DNA of 63,864 nt, filler included, from Kipferlia bialata (GCA_003568945.1; 4 parts of 4 records of this genome joined end to end with filler, not necessarily neighbours in it), one strand, 5' to 3'; positions 1 to 14,040 are shown, counted from the whole stretch's first letter. Numbers and translations are program-made. Notes: generated by a model from the letters alone, not told the origin.

Positions 1-55
1 GGGCCCCCCCCTTTTTTTTTTTCTTTCCCCCCCCCCCCCCCCCCCCCCACCCCAG

Positions 56-2549
56 CACCTCTTCCAGGCCCTGCAGCATGTGTGTCTTGTGCCTAAGGGG
101 TTCAAGCCCAGCCACCACAGGTTCGTGTATTGCATGTGCATGTTTCCACTCTGTATATTCATATCCCGACTCCATCCCACCCCAGGTTCTCCAGGGGCGG
201 CCGTACCGATGCCGGTGTCTCTGCTAGCGGACAGGTATAGATATGCTCTGTCGTCCTATCGACGGATGTCTCCCTCTCTGTCTCACCCCTAGGTGGTGGC
301 TCTCTGGGTCCGTGCTGCCTCTATGGAGGGTAGTGCCACTGTGAGAGGTGTCCAAAACATTCCCCAGGTTAGATATATATAGACATGTAAAGACATCCAT
401 GGCGATATATACATGAAGACATCGGCTTAGGTTTACTGTATGGTGTTGCATACCCTATGTTCCTATATATGTTCCTATACATGTGGCATATGCCCCTAAC
501 CCCTAGGACATGTACCTGTACAACAGGAACCCAAGGGACAGTGCACCCGAGGCACCCATGGAGAGAGAGCTCAACTACTGCAAGATGCTGAACTCAGGTA
601 CCGCTCTCTTCCATCCCTGATCTACCCTCTACCCCCCCTGCCTCTACCCCCCAGCTCTTCCTCAGTCTGTGGCAGTCAGGGCTTGGTCCCCAGTCCACGT
701 GTCCTTCCACTCCCGCTTCAATGCCACAGGCAGAAGCTACAGGTATGCAGTATATGTCCCTATCCAGTCAATATGCTGCTCTCCGCTATACATCCCGGCC
801 CACCCCCCAGATACCTGATCCCCGATGCTGCCCGTCTGGATGTGCCTGCCATGCAGAGAGCGGCACAGGACTTCCAGGGGGAGCACGACTTCACTAACTT
901 CTGCAAGGTGGGGATAGTATATATGCGTTGAATGAACTATGTCGTCGTCCCTTCGTCTCACCGCCAGGCTGACCTTGAGACATACTCCCACCACGACAGA
1001 GTGATGCGTACCGTATCGGTGACCAGGCAGCCTGACGCCTCAGTGGCAGTGGCGGTGCAGGTACAGTGTGTGTGTGTGTGTGATACTGTTTGTAAGAGCT
1101 GTTAGTATTATGACGATTGTCATTAGAGTGCAATCGGCAGCAGTCGTTTCATGGATGGATACTCTACGCCCCCGTCTTGCAAAGACCCCTGTCTCACCCC
1201 AGGGCACTGCCTTCCTCTACCACCAGGTGCGGTGCATGGTGGCCATTCTCATGAGGTATCGGTGTCATGAGTCTCTCTCTCTCTCTCTCCCTCTCACTGC
1301 CAGAGTTGGTTCCCACCTAGAGTCCGTATCGATCGTTCGCAGGATGCTCTCCAGAGAGCCTCCCTTCCAGGACAAGCCTACCTATGCCCCTGCATCGCCC
1401 TTCCCACTCTGTCTAGTGGGAGTCATGTACGTAGCTGCCCTCTCCCTCTCCCTCTCCCTCTGTCTCTCCCTCTTCCTCTGTCTCTTGTCTCACAGCAGGT
1501 ATCCTGAGAACTCATTCCGCTGGTGGGTCTCGCCACCCTTTGTGAGGTATGTGACTGTGTATCCCCTCTCTATTAGTGTAGACAGTGATTGGTGTGTACA
1601 GTAGAGTACCCTTGTGTATATTCACTGACCCCCCCCCCCCACCGCAGTGCCCCCCTGGCCTGTCACCTCCAGAGGGCAGCAGAGTACGAGGCCAGGGCAG
1701 CAGTCATGAGGGTGCTAGGTACCCGACACCCTACTCATACCCATGACCCATTTGCCCGTACTCACCCTAGCCTCGGACATTGTCGACGATTGCGATCAAG
1801 ACAGGTTCCGGGAGAGCGAGAGGGAGAGCGACCACCCTGACGAGGCGTGTCTGTGGAGCAGAAGCCCAGGTGGAGGAGACTAGTATATATATATACTGAT
1901 ATATAGTGATATTGAGCAGAAGCCCCGATGCGTAGCACTTGGCACTAGCGTCTCCCTACACCTCCACATATCATCCCTCACCCCCCCAGGCTTCCACCCC
2001 CTGACCCTGTCCTCAGCTAAGCCGAGGGGCCCTGGGAGGGTCACTCTGAGGGACACAGATGAGCACCGAGATGGGGCCGAGACGCTCAATGCCGAGGGGG
2101 ACTACCCCATGTACACGTACCCCGTCGACAGGGTGAGGCATCTGCATATCCCTCCCTCTCCCTACTTGTCACACATATATACACACTCACATACAGGTCA
2201 TGGCAGACATGCCGAGAGAGCCATCTATGAAGACTAGGCGGGAGCGGGCCAGTGTAAAGTTTGCGGATAGGTGAGATTGCAACATGATCCGTCTAATCAG
2301 TGTGCCTTCCTCTCCTCTATACAATCTACCCTCAGGCCTGCCTTCCAGCTACCCACCATGGAGCAGCCACTGAGAGAGACGGTCAGGAACAAGGACGGGG
2401 TGTGTGTGGAGCTGGGGTCAGACACTGCACTCCACGCTGAGGGTGTGGTTGATAGCCTAGAGTCCACCCTTGGGTGTAGACCAGACACAGACAAGGTAGA
2501 CGAACCAGACGCCAAGCGTCGCCCAGATTCGCAGGCTAGCGGTTCGTGA
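56..2549 (+). CDS. PUS3: tRNA pseudouridine synthase, TruA/Pus3(Deg1) family; multi-exon, 5'-partial
   Basis: Spliced exons give FSRGGRTDAGVSASGQV (TruA catalytic Asp motif, ~186-234), MQRAAQDFQGEHDFTNFCK and GTAFLYHQVRCMVAILM. Introns are GT...ccccag. The C-terminal exons and the stop at 2549 are less certain. Confidence 0.9.
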
Positions 2550-2806
2550 ATATATCGTTATGTTGTTTGGCTGGTGTTTTCGATGTCACAATGTGACAGG
2601 CTCCTCGATGTGTATTTATGGCGTCAAAAGGGTGTAGAGCTCTCTCTCAGAGGCGTTACAGTGTAAGCTCTATCTAGAGTGCTACCTCAGCCTGACGACT
2701 CCTACTATCCAGGACTCGGTCGAGGAGTGGTAGTAGAACGTACAACTGGTCTGAAGGGTATCTGACCCCTGCGGCTGGTGTGCGTGAGGACTAGAGAGAG
2801 CCAGAG

Positions 2807-5800
2807 ATGGATGACGGCATTGGATTCTTTGACGATGACTTCGGTGGGGAGCAGGAGTCCCCAGAGCTTGGCAGTGCAGGTGGGTGCCATGCAGGGGTAA
2901 TGTGTACGGTATACCTGTGAGGGACTCCGTAGAGTCAGTGGTGTGTTCAGTTCTCTTTCGGTGTGTCCAACACATAGTTGACGTCTCTTGTTGCTATGTG
3001 TATCTGATGGCATAATAGTGATACAGGGCGTGTCTTCATATCAGCATTATGCTGTATATATTGCGGAGAACTGTGTGTTAGGGGGAGAGGGGGGGGGGGG
3101 TGACTACGGTATATATATGTCACCAATCTCACTGTTGTGCCTGTCAGTCCCACTCATATCCCAGGACTAGGAGCCAACCACTTTGCCCCCTTGCAGCCTG
3201 CTCTGCCGCATAGTCATGTCAGTCAGGAACCAGTAAACCAGGCAGTGGCTCCTCCAGGTGTCTTGCTGTTGATGTGTCTCTACACAGTATCTACCCCAAC
3301 TGCCCTCCCACCCTTGCCGAGACCTTATCTCTGTCCTGTCCTCACCCCCAGTGTTCCATGAACCCACCCCCATCCCCCCTGGTTTCATAGCCACAGCCTC
3401 TGCCCACCATGTGGCCCCTCCGGCCCAATACACCCAGCTCGTGGTGCAACCTGCCCCCTCAGCAGACGATGGCTTCTTCAACGACCTTCCCCTCGAGGGG
3501 CAGGGTGCCGCATCTGACGCACAGGGTCAGGCAGAGGCGGATGCCTTCTTTGACTACGGTCTGCCTGACATGCCAGGGGCAGGGGGGGTGTCACATGGGT
3601 ATGAGGAGGACGAGGCCGGGTTCTTCGACCAGCCCCACCCAGAGGAGACGAGGGGAGGGGCAGAGCAGGGAGCGCCACTCCACGAGAGTGACCTGCTCCC
3701 TCAGCCCTCACAGACTGTCCCTGAGGGTGTGGAGGGAGGGAGTGCAGGTGCGGCCCAGGGCATGCTCTCTTCAGGCATGCCAGGAGAGATGCCTGGGGAG
3801 ATGGGTGGCAGTGGGGTGGACTTCTTCTCCGACCTCTCCCCTGACACCATGACCCAGGTGGAGGGGCAGGAGACAGAGGCAGAGGCAGAGGCAGAGGCAG
3901 AGGCAGAGGCAGAGGCAGTTGGTGTCCTTCCCACACCCTCCCCCGTCCTCACCTCAGTCTCTCTCCCTGAGAGAGAGAGGCCCCACCATGAGCCAACCCC
4001 AGTCTCTGTCTCTTCCACATCCTCCCTCTCCCGCACCCCTGTGGATCCCCTTGCAGGTGGCAGGCACAGTGTGGCCTCCTCGCCAGCAGACCTGGGGGGA
4101 GAGGGCGAGGAGAAGGGAGCCAGTGTAGCTCCCCCTCCCCCTAGCTATGCACCTCCCCCTCCGTCATACTCGGCCCCCCCACCCTCCTACGGCGCTGCCC
4201 CCCGGGCCACTGGATACACCCAGCGCCGCCCCTCTGCCACAGCCACCCCCCCAGGTACCTCAGGTGCCTTGGGTGCCCCCCCAGCCATGCCCCCCATGAT
4301 GCTGGGGGGTGCCATGCCTGGGCAGCTCGAGGCCCTCATCGTACCCACGCCAGGTGCGGTCTCTATCCAGTATCCCTTCTCGTTTCCGATACACTCTCAC
4401 TCTATACCCTCTACTGTCTCACTGTGTCTCTGACTCAGGTGGTGCCTTCCCTTCCCTCCCTTACGGAACACCAGAGTCAGAAGAGGGGAGAGAGAGAGAG
4501 AGAGGCATGAAGAGGGAAGCAAAGCTTGCCAGGGAGAGAGAAGCCGAGGCAGAGAGGGAGAGGGAGATGCAGCGCGCTCTGGAGCTTGAGCAAGAGAGAG
4601 AGAGACAGGCAGAGCTGGATAGAGAGAAGGAGAGAGAGGCTGAGAGGGAGAGGCAGGCAGCCAGGGAAAGACAGGCAGCCCTTGAGAGGGAGGAGCAGCT
4701 GTGTAGGGAGAGAGAAGCCGACAGGGAGAGGGAGAGAGAGAGAGAGGCCCTGCTTGAGAGGGAGAGAGAAGCCCAGAGAGAGAGAGAAGCCGAGATGGAG
4801 AGGGAGAGGCAGCGTCAGGTGGAGCTAGCAGCCGAGCAGGAGAGAGAGAGACTAGCGGAGCTTGAGAGAGAGAGGGAGAGGGAAGCTCAGCGTCAGCTAG
4901 ACCTGCAGAGAGAGAGGGAAAGAGAGGCTAGGCTAGCAGAGGAGAGATTGGAGGAGGAAAGAGCGGCTGAGAGAGAGAGAGAGAGACTTGCGGAGGAGGA
5001 AGCAGAGAGAAAGAGAGAGAGGGAGAGAGCTCTGGCTGAGCAGCGCGGTGTCAAGGTCGTTGGGAGTGAGTCTCCGACCCTGACCCCCCTCCCCCTCCCC
5101 CTTGTGTCCTCCTCCCGACCCTCAGACGTCCTAGCAGCCCTGGACAGAAGGGTGTCAGAGTGTGAGGACAGGGTGCGTGAGGTCCCACTCTACTGTAGTC
5201 AGTGTTCTATTGTAGTCAGTGTTCTATGGTAGTTAGTGTTCTATTGTAGTTAGTGTTCTTTCCCGAGATAGTTGTAACTGACCTTAGGGCGACCACGACA
5301 CCGCTGTGCTCTACAGTGCCCTGAGGCTCAGACTGGGCCTCAGCACGGGGTGCATAGTGGGGGATGGGCTAGACGCTACACAGAGCATGTGCGAGCTCCT
5401 CATCAGGTGCCACACAATAGTTGCATATATTGGTGGCTTGGATATAGCTCTGGTATTGATGGTTTGTATGTTGGTGTGGCTTCTGTTCCCAGAGTAATCT
5501 CCTGTCTCACCCATAGGACCTGGGAGGCAGGTGAGAGGGACGCCAGAGACAGAGAGAGAGAGCAGGCCGAGCGCATGGCTGGTGCATCCCCGCTCAGAAT
5601 AGGTGGGCAGTCTGTGACATATGGCATGAGTACAGTATGTGTTAGTCTCTCTCACCCCCAGCAGACATAGACACCATTGGTGGGTTTGGGTCTGTAGTGC
5701 AGCTGACCAGTGCCCTGACTAAGGTATATAGTGGTGGGTCATGCTCTATACATAGACGATCACCCCACCATATCATAACATACATCATATCCCTTTACCC

Positions 5801-8800
5801 ATACCCTTACCCCTCACTCCTAGGATGGTATTGAGCAGGCCTTCCAGGATGCCCTAGGTGCTGAGCGCTTCACCGCGGCATACCTTCTGGCCGCAGTGGC
5901 CAAGAGGACAGACTGGCAGGTGGGGTGGACACACACTACACGGGACGTGTTGGAATAGAGGAAGCTGGTGCAGAACAGAGGGTCCTTTTCTCTCTCTCTC
6001 ACCTTAGGCCCTAGTGACCGAGACCCTTCTGGGCGAGATCTCGGCCACGGCCCCGGCCCTATTCAAACTGATATCGGCATCCAACGAGAGGTGGGGAGGG
6101 GTGGTGCTTCAGTATTTCCATACTCAATTGCTCACCCCATTGTTCTTGCGTCCTCTCATCCCTAGGGAGCTGACCGATGACGCCGTGTCTGGGCCTGGTG
6201 CTGCGGCACACTGGATGCCCCTACTGGCCAGGTGGGTCTATATGTATTATAGTATAGCTTCCAATCTCCACTCTTCCCCCCTCCCCCCTCACCCAGACTC
6301 ATCTCTGCTGGAAAGAGAGACACTGACGACACCGATGACCCTGACCGTGCCCTGGCCCAGGAGGGACCGGGCATGGCGTCACCCCCCTCTCTCTTCTACT
6401 CGCCTGTCCTGGTGAGGCGCATGGTCCTACTGGCCTCCGCCCTCTACAACGTGAGTGACACACATGCCTCTCTCTCTTCCCTCTCTCTCACTGATACTTA
6501 CCCAGGTTGGTAGCATCGTCCCTTGTCATGCTGTCCTGGTGGTGGCTGGAATGGTCCCCTACGTAGGTATGGCCACCTGGGTCTGGTAGTCTCTGTCACT
6601 CTCCGTCTCTCCCTCCCTACCTGTTGTTCCTCACCCCCTAGGTGCCCCCTTCGACTTCGACATTGTGGGTCTGGGGGTGGGGACAGAGAGAGGCAGGGAC
6701 AGGGAGAGAGACAGGGAGTCCGAGGCAGACGTCTGGGGCTGGAGGGCAGTGGCCGCCAACCCAGCTGTCCTCGAGGTCACAGAGGTGCAGTTGTGTGAAT
6801 ATCCAGTGCATGTGTGTATGTGTACCCTTACCTCACTCTAGGTATATGAGTATGTCATGCAGCGTCACTTCATAGCTGCGGACCTGCTCGCTGGGGACGG
6901 GGAGAGAGAGGGACAGGCAGAGAGGGTGGCCGAGGCCCTCCCCTCAGTATGTCTGGGACCCATCCCATTCATACCCTCGGAGCTGGAAGGTTGGTGAGAT
7001 TGGAGGAGTGATTGTCACATACTCGTGTATGTTAGTGTCAGTATATCGTGCCTCTTACCCCAGGCTTCCCCTACCCCGCCACCCCGTCCCCCTCCCCCTC
7101 CAAGAGGAGTAGGGCAGAGAGAGAGAGAGAGTTTGGCATGGAGGGGGAGATGAGTGACGACGACTCTTTCCTGGACATGCTGGACGATGACGACCTAGGT
7201 GCGTATCTGTGCAGTACTCCATCCCCCACTCATCTGTGTGTCCCTCTCTCCATTGCTGATGCCCAGGCCTCGACCTCGATGGAGACGACGCCCTTCCCCC
7301 CCTGCCTCCCCCGCACGCATCCCTGTCCAGGCTGCCGTTCTTCCCATTCCTCGTCCCTTTCCAGGTAGATGCGTTATACACATGTCGCTACTGCTAGTTC
7401 ACTCACTTCGTTTCAGATGTCTCTGACCCTTTAGATGCAGCGCGTGGCCGGTACTCTTCCCCAGCGCACTGCTAGGGTGGGCGCCGTTGTCGCTGCCCCC
7501 CTGTCCCCTGCCTTCCACTTCAGCCCGGCCACCCCGGGTAGCAAGGCAGAGAGAGAGTGCCGGTCTGCCTATCTGGAGGCAGCCATCAAGAGGTGCGTGG
7601 TACTGTCTCGGATTCCCAAGTCGGTGGCGGAGACTGCTGAGAGGGAGAGAGAGAGAGACGGTCTCGACAGAGGGCAGGGCTATGCCCCCCTCCACGCCCA
7701 CTCCATGAGTCTGTCGAGGTCCCTGCCCATGGGTCTCTTCTGCCAGGTACCTCTCTCTCCATGTATGTTGACTTCCACCCCCACATACACTCATACCATC
7801 TGTCTCTGTCTGTCTCTGTCTGTCTCACCCCCTAGGCCTCTCTGGTACCTGTCGACCCCCTAGCTGCAGCTGCCTGGAACAGTCAGGGCAGGCAGGGCAT
7901 GGCACTCAGGAGGGACGGGCTCAGGGGGGGGTTGCTCTGTCACTGTGACAAGGTACTATGCTCTGTGCTATACTTCTCTTTGCAGCTACTCCATGCCATA
8001 GATCTGTCTCCTCTCTCCCTCTGACCCCAGTCTCTGTGGCTAGGCGACTCTGAAACCATGCGTGCTCTCCCCTCTGTGCTGAGTGTCCTATCCTCCTCTG
8101 CCTCAGACCGCAGTGGCCTCAGTGTGCATGTGCCCTCGGAGAGAGAGGCCCAGAAGGGGGTACTCAGGAGTGCCTCGTTCGGTGCCCTGCCCCAGCTGGT
8201 CAGGAAGAGCCAGAGCCAGAGCAGGTACGGCATGTGTCAGTTAGTATATGGACATTGAACCCCTAGGCTCTAAATGGATATATCTGACTCTAGGTCTGTG
8301 ATGGTTGGCACCCCCCCTCCCAGTGCCATTCCCTTCAGACAAGCAGCACGAGAGGGAGAGAGGGCGAGGGAGAGAGAGAGAGACGCCCAGGCCAGGCAGA
8401 ATGCTATGGTCCCAACCCAGTCAGGTACCGGGGCTAGTATACACAGCATGCATCTCATGGTCAAGGATGAATATATATTTGACTCTGTGTCCTGCAATTC
8501 TTCCACCCTCACCCCCAGTAACCGCCCCCGCCTCTGTGTTTGCGCCCTCTGTCCAGAGGCACAGGGAGGCAGACGGTGTCATACGTCCAGGGGTGTCTAA
8601 GAGACAGCCCCTGATGGGTGCCCCTGCCGGTGCAAGTGCAGGGGGGGCAGGGAGGGGCGGGCCCCTGATGCCTACATACCCTGTAACCCAGCAGCCTATG
8701 TCTATGCCTGTGCCTGTCGCCAGTGGGGCAAGGGCGCCCCTTGCAGCGGCACAGCCCTCCTACCAGGAGGTCCCCTCCCAGCCCCCTCAGCAGCAGAGAG

Positions 8801-11511
8801 GGCCCCTGGCCCCCATAGGGATACCCCAGGAGGGGACGGGCCCTGTGTACCAGGTGGAGCCAGACGGGTTCCACACCCCAGCTGGCACAGTGGCCCAAGT
8901 GATGAGGGGGGTGCCTCAGCCCCAGGGGGGGGCAGGACAAGTGCAGCCGGAGCAGGGACCCGTGCCCCTCCAGGGTATGGAGGCTCTGGGGACACAGGCC
9001 GTGCGGCACACAGAGGTGCGGGGCAGTGGGGCTGGTGCCATACCGGCCCCTGAGCCCCTGCAGCCAGTGTCTGCTGTGGCCACTGTGACTGCCCCTCCGC
9101 ATACTGCTGCCTCTGCCCTGGGGAGTGGGGGGCAGGAACCCGTCCCTACCCACCAGGCACCAGCCCAGGGAGGGAGTCTGTTTGGGATCTATGACGAGCA
9201 GCACATGGTGGAGGTCCCAGGCCGTGAGGAGAGAGACGTCGTTGCGGCATCTGAACCCCAGAGGGAGAGACAGCTGGAGCCCTCTGAGTCTCTGTTCTAC
9301 AGTGCCCCAGGCAGTGAGGCATACCCAGACAGCGACACCGGCCTGGCCCCTCTCAACCCACCCCTAGGGGGGGCAGAGAGAGAGGCCCCCGGGAAGGCAT
9401 ACGGTCACTGGGACAGAGACGAGGAGAGAGAGAGAGAGAGAGAGACTGACATGAGGGTGGTGGGCCGTGACAGTGACGTGTCCACCGTAGAGACCCCCCA
9501 GCCTCTGAGGCAGCACAGCAATGGGGGCCAGAGCCAGGCAGCGCCTCTTGGGAGGGGACTCGGCTACCAGTCTCCCCCTTCCCTCGACCGCCCTCTCACC
9601 ATATCACACCCCTCCCGCTCCGGGTCTCGCTCTATCCCCCATGCCACACTGAGTCAGGGCGTGACGGAGGACGAGCCCCTGGGGTCCTTTGAGGCTCCGA
9701 TGTACCCCTCCCACGGTGAGGCAGGGAGGGAGGGAGGAGTAGAGGGTGATGCACAGGCACATGCCGAGACAGTGCAGGAGCCCCCCTTCGACCCCCTGTC
9801 TCTCTCCGACATGCCACCCCCCATGGTGCCCATACACAGTGTGGGTGACACTGGTATGCACGGTGCCCAGGGTACACACCCAGGGGCAGGGGAGGACAAG
9901 GGCCCTCTCGCCCCCATCGGTATAGCCGAGACTGCCATGGGTGGAGGTACCTACGGTATGGGCCAGGAGCCTCCACAGCAGGAGTCCGAGCCAGAGAGTG
10001 GCGCCGCAGCCGAGGTGTCTGATGCCGCAGGGGTGCCCCTCCCGCCCACCATGCCCCCACCCATGCCTGTCCCCATGGGGGGTGCTATGATGGGATTCAC
10101 CCCCATGGGGATGGGGGCTGAGCCTGCCGACTCTGCCCCTGCCACTGCCACCACTGGTAGGAAGTACCCAGGACGCCCTGCATCACAGAGGTTAGTAGGG
10201 CAGTCATTATTATCCACGTTTCCCTCTCTTACCCTTCAGACGTAGTGCGCGCCCTAGCTCTGTCCCCACCCCCGGCCTGTCCAATCCCTTTGCCAACCCA
10301 TTTGGTGCCACAGCATTGGCCCAGCCACCCCTCTCCAACGGGGCCATGGGTGAGTGTGTGTTCATGTCTATTCACATATCTTCTTTCTATGGTAGGCCAT
10401 TGGTATCTGACCCCCAGCCGCACCCCTCGGCTTCCAGCCCCTCCAGTCCCTGCCCCTCCCTCCCTCCGGCATGCCCCAGACAGGACCTGCCACTACAGGT
10501 ACTCACCGTATCCACACTCTCACGATATCCAGCTATTCCCTATCCAGAGATGTCTGCCTCGAGTGTCTACTCATCGTGTCTCCCATGTCGTGCTGTCTCA
10601 CCTCCAGGCCCGTCCTACCCTAGCCATGGGATGCGGAGTGCTCCGTCTGCCCCTCAGGCGCGTCTCTCTCACTCTCTACAGTACATTAATATCAATATGT
10701 ATATATAAATTTATATGAACTCCTTCCCAACGAGCCTTCACCACTGATATTTGTGTTATTAGCAACTGCCTCTGACACGCAGAGTGCATTCCCCACCCCT
10801 AGAATGGATGTACATGCATCCAGTCATGGACAGGAAACGGGGGGAGAGAGAGAGGCTGACACCTCAGAGAGGACGGGACTAGACGAGACTAGCGAGACAG
10901 AGACAGAGAGAGAGAGAGAGAGAGAGGAGGAGAGGCAGAAGGAGTCAAAGCCCAAGAAGGAGTCCAGGGGCTGGTTTGGACGCAAGAAGAAGAAGGTGGG
11001 TGGTCACATCTATGTTATGATTGGTCGTCTCCCCATTGTATTGTTTTCAACTCTTTCACACACTCTCTCTTTCTCTCTCCCTCTCCCTCCCTCTCTCTCT
11101 CTCTCTCCCCCTATCTGTCTCCCACCCCAGAAGGGCAAGGAGGAGGATGATGCCACCGAGATGGACCTTGGCAAGGAGAACAAGTGAGTGTATCACATAC
11201 CCTGCCGTTGTCAGTGACACTTCATAGTCCCATGTCTATACTGTATCCCTCACTGCCAGGTTTGTGTATGACGAGGGACTGAAGAAGTGGGTGACCCTGG
11301 ATAAGAACGGAAAGCCCATCATCGAAAGAGAGCCCACTCCCCCTCCCCCTCCCCCGTCCTCCCACGGGTGAGTCCAATTCACTGGATTCTGTCACTCCCC
11401 CCCTTCCCTGTTTCTCACCCCAGGTCTGTGGCGTCCTCCGTCTCCAACACACCCTCCATGAGCACAGGCATGGCCGCACCCTCATACAGACGCTACCCCA
11501 ACATGCTGTGA
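2807..11511 (+). CDS. SEC16: Sec16-like COPII/ER exit-site scaffold; multi-exon, long Pro-rich and RE-rich regions
   Basis: Starts MDDGIGFFDDDFGG at 2807. It has large low-complexity exons (3352-4353, 4439-5172, 8518-10192) around a central helical region. The C-terminus reads ...SRGWFGRKKK...MDLGKENK/FVYDEGLKKWV...PPPPPP...YRRYPNML*, matching the conserved Sec16 C-terminal LGEENKFYYD-x-LKRWV motif. Confidence 0.75.
5195..5260. repeat. 17-bp intronic minisatellite (gtagtcagtgttctatt) x ~4
   Basis: Direct tandem units are visible in a Sec16 intron. Confidence 0.8.
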
Positions 11512-11648
11512 CATCACTACTGACAGTTGTGTGGAGAGTCCTGGGTTGGGGGTGGTACTTCCACTGGGTATATTTGAATAGAGTAGCTTTTAGTGTTAGA
11601 TGGTCGTCTGTGACAAGATGACTCGATAATCGAGTTTTTTACTCAATA

Positions 11649-12652
11649 ATGAGCAAAGGGTGGAACTTCCATCATGGTGACCATCATGACCTCTCCTCCG
11701 AGATGCTGATGGCACGGGTGGCTGAGGTCACTGAGACGGCCGTTGAGTCTGGGGCTCTAAAGTCTATTATGACCGAGACAGAGTCAGTAATAGGTGAGAA
11801 ATATAGTGACACTCTTTGCCACTCTCATGCACAGTGCTTCTTATATTGTGTTTTCTCGGCTCTTGTCGTAATTGCACTCCAAGTATTACATGAGAGTGAT
11901 GGTAGCTGTATGTATTTGTGGAATACTGTCTGAAACTCAGTCTTGCTTTCATTCACTCCCCACCCCCTCTCCCTCCCACTCTCTCTCTAACCGTCAGAGG
12001 AGGGTATTGAGTTTGAACTGCGCTCCATATCCTCTTATAGGCGTAAGAGTGCAGCCAAGAAGGCCAGGGACCCAGACTTTAACCCCTTCCTTCCCTTTGA
12101 GAGAGCTCTCTACGTGTGTGATGTCCCTGGGTCTACATCCACCCCAGACGGAGCAGAGACCCCATATGTGTGTGTACTGAACAAGTTCAACGTGGTGGAG
12201 CGGCATATGGTATGTGAGTGACATCCTCTTGTACTTGTTATCTATTTACCTCCCGGCTACCGTACTCCTTGTCTCTTGCCTACCTTGCAGCTCATCATCA
12301 CCCGTGCCTTTGAGTTGCAGACCCATGCCCTAACCCTGGGTGACTTCAGTGCCCTGGCCCATGTACTCAGAGAGGTAGGGAGTGGTGCATGTGGGTATAT
12401 ATATGCCACCCTGCCCTGCATCACTCACCCAAGGTCGATGGGCTGTGCTTCTACAACAGTGGGGCCGAGTCTGGGGCCAGCCAGAGACACAAACACATGC
12501 AGGTTTACTGATGTCCCTTACCTTATCCGGGTGCCGATCTCTATTCACCTCAGCTACTCCCGACGTCTGCCACTCCATTTGACACCCACTTCCAAGGGTT
12601 CAGAGATGACACACCCTCCAGGATACCAGGTTGGCAGTCATATGCTACTCTG

Positions 12653-12690
<38 letters not shown>

Positions 12691-13166
12691 TCAGTACTCA
12701 TTCCAGCGCTCGAGTTCGCCCATCTTGGGATGAATCTTCCGTACGACGAGTCTACACGACCTAGCGGGATTGCCTTGATGAGTGTCTATACGACACTTAT
12801 GGGGGGACTGGGTATAACTGTTGGGGCAGACGGGGAGAGCAGTGCGCCATACAACATGTTGGGTCAGTACATTTAATGTATGTGTATCCTCATCTGTATC
12901 ATCTGTGGGATCTGGGTTACAGTCTGCTTGAGCCTCTTCAGCGTGTTCCCCATGGCCTCTTCTGACACCCAGCTACCAGGCACTGGATGATGCTTGTCCC
13001 CCGGACGAGGGAGAGTGTGTGTGAACCTAATGACCTAGCTGGCGACACTGGTGTGTCACTCAATAGCCTTGCATTTGTGGGTAAACTATTGGTAAAGGAC
13101 AGGGCGCAGAAAGAGACACTACTAAGAGTTGGTCTCATGAAGGCACTGAGTAGTGTGACAGAATAG
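11649..13166 (+). CDS. ATP adenylyltransferase / Ap4A phosphorylase (APA1/APA2 family); multi-exon
   Basis: Exons encode AVESGALKSI, DFNPFLPFERALYV, CVLNKFNVVERH, LIITRAFELQT, LCFYNSGAESGASQRHKHMQ (HxHxQ), PYNML, WMMLVPRTRE and SLNSLAFVGKLLVKD. The stop is TAG at 13164-13166. Confidence 0.92.
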
Positions 13167-13897
13167 ACAAGTGACACATGTAACAACATATAGATAGACA
13201 TCACGCTGAAGGAATCCTCTCCCCATGTCCGCTGTTCGTTCTTATCATCACCAAACAACCATTTGCCACCATACTGCCATCCTATCCCACAGCTGCATGT
13301 GCAAGTCAAGGTAGGAGTCTACCCCATCATAGTCTAACACCAACAACACATCCCAATTGATTAAACAGACACATCGACTTAAAGAGCCAAAGGACCAGAC
13401 CCGAGCTCAGTGATCCTAAGGTGAGCGGATAAAACAGACAATAGTAGCTGAATGCGCTAAGTCTCAGACGAAAGTCGGTGATAGGCTCCACGTAGTTTAC
13501 TCATCGGNNNNNNNNNNNNNNNNNNNNNNNNNNNNNNNNNNNNNNNNNNNNNNNNNNNTCGGTCAGGATAAATTTGCTGGTTTCACATATTGGTCATCAA
13601 CGACAAAGCGCAACCCAGTAAACGACGAATCCACATACCTCTACTCATATTCCGGCAAAGAGAGATACAAGCAGTTGTCTCTCTTTCCTGCCTCTTCATC
13701 GCTACGTCAAAAACAATGTTTTTGACACAAACCAATGGAATCTCCGACAATTGTTCGGAGGACCCGATTTGGGGAATTCTGATAAACATTGTTTTTCGAG
13801 TGTGGGAGGAAATCCGGTTTTCTCGTTGCAAGAAAGTGATCACACGGCCAGCGGGCTCAAGTCAAAGCTAGGGTTCTGGCTCTTTTTGGACGGTAAA

Positions 13898-14033
13898 GTA
13901 AGTTGAGTGTGTTGTATGGTGTCGTACTGGTGGTCTGTGCGTTATTGACTGGAGGGTGAAGGAGGGCCATGCGTTTGGGGGGGTTTCGTTTGTTGTTGGT
14001 GCGTATAGAGGCTTATTTGTGATTTTACCCCAG
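13898..14033 (+). other. Putative 5'-UTR intron of RPL10
   Basis: GTAAGT donor at 13898 and ttttaccccag acceptor ending 7 nt before the ATG. A pyrimidine run (ctcttttt, ~13880) lies just upstream. Confidence 0.7.
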
Positions 14034-14040
14034 GTAAAAA

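Noticed and set aside
1..55. Long poly-C/poly-G runs (also ~47248, ~47389, ~63831)
   Set aside because: They sit at contig ends and in intron 3' ends, so they are likely causes of assembly breaks with unreliable lengths. They are not telomeres.
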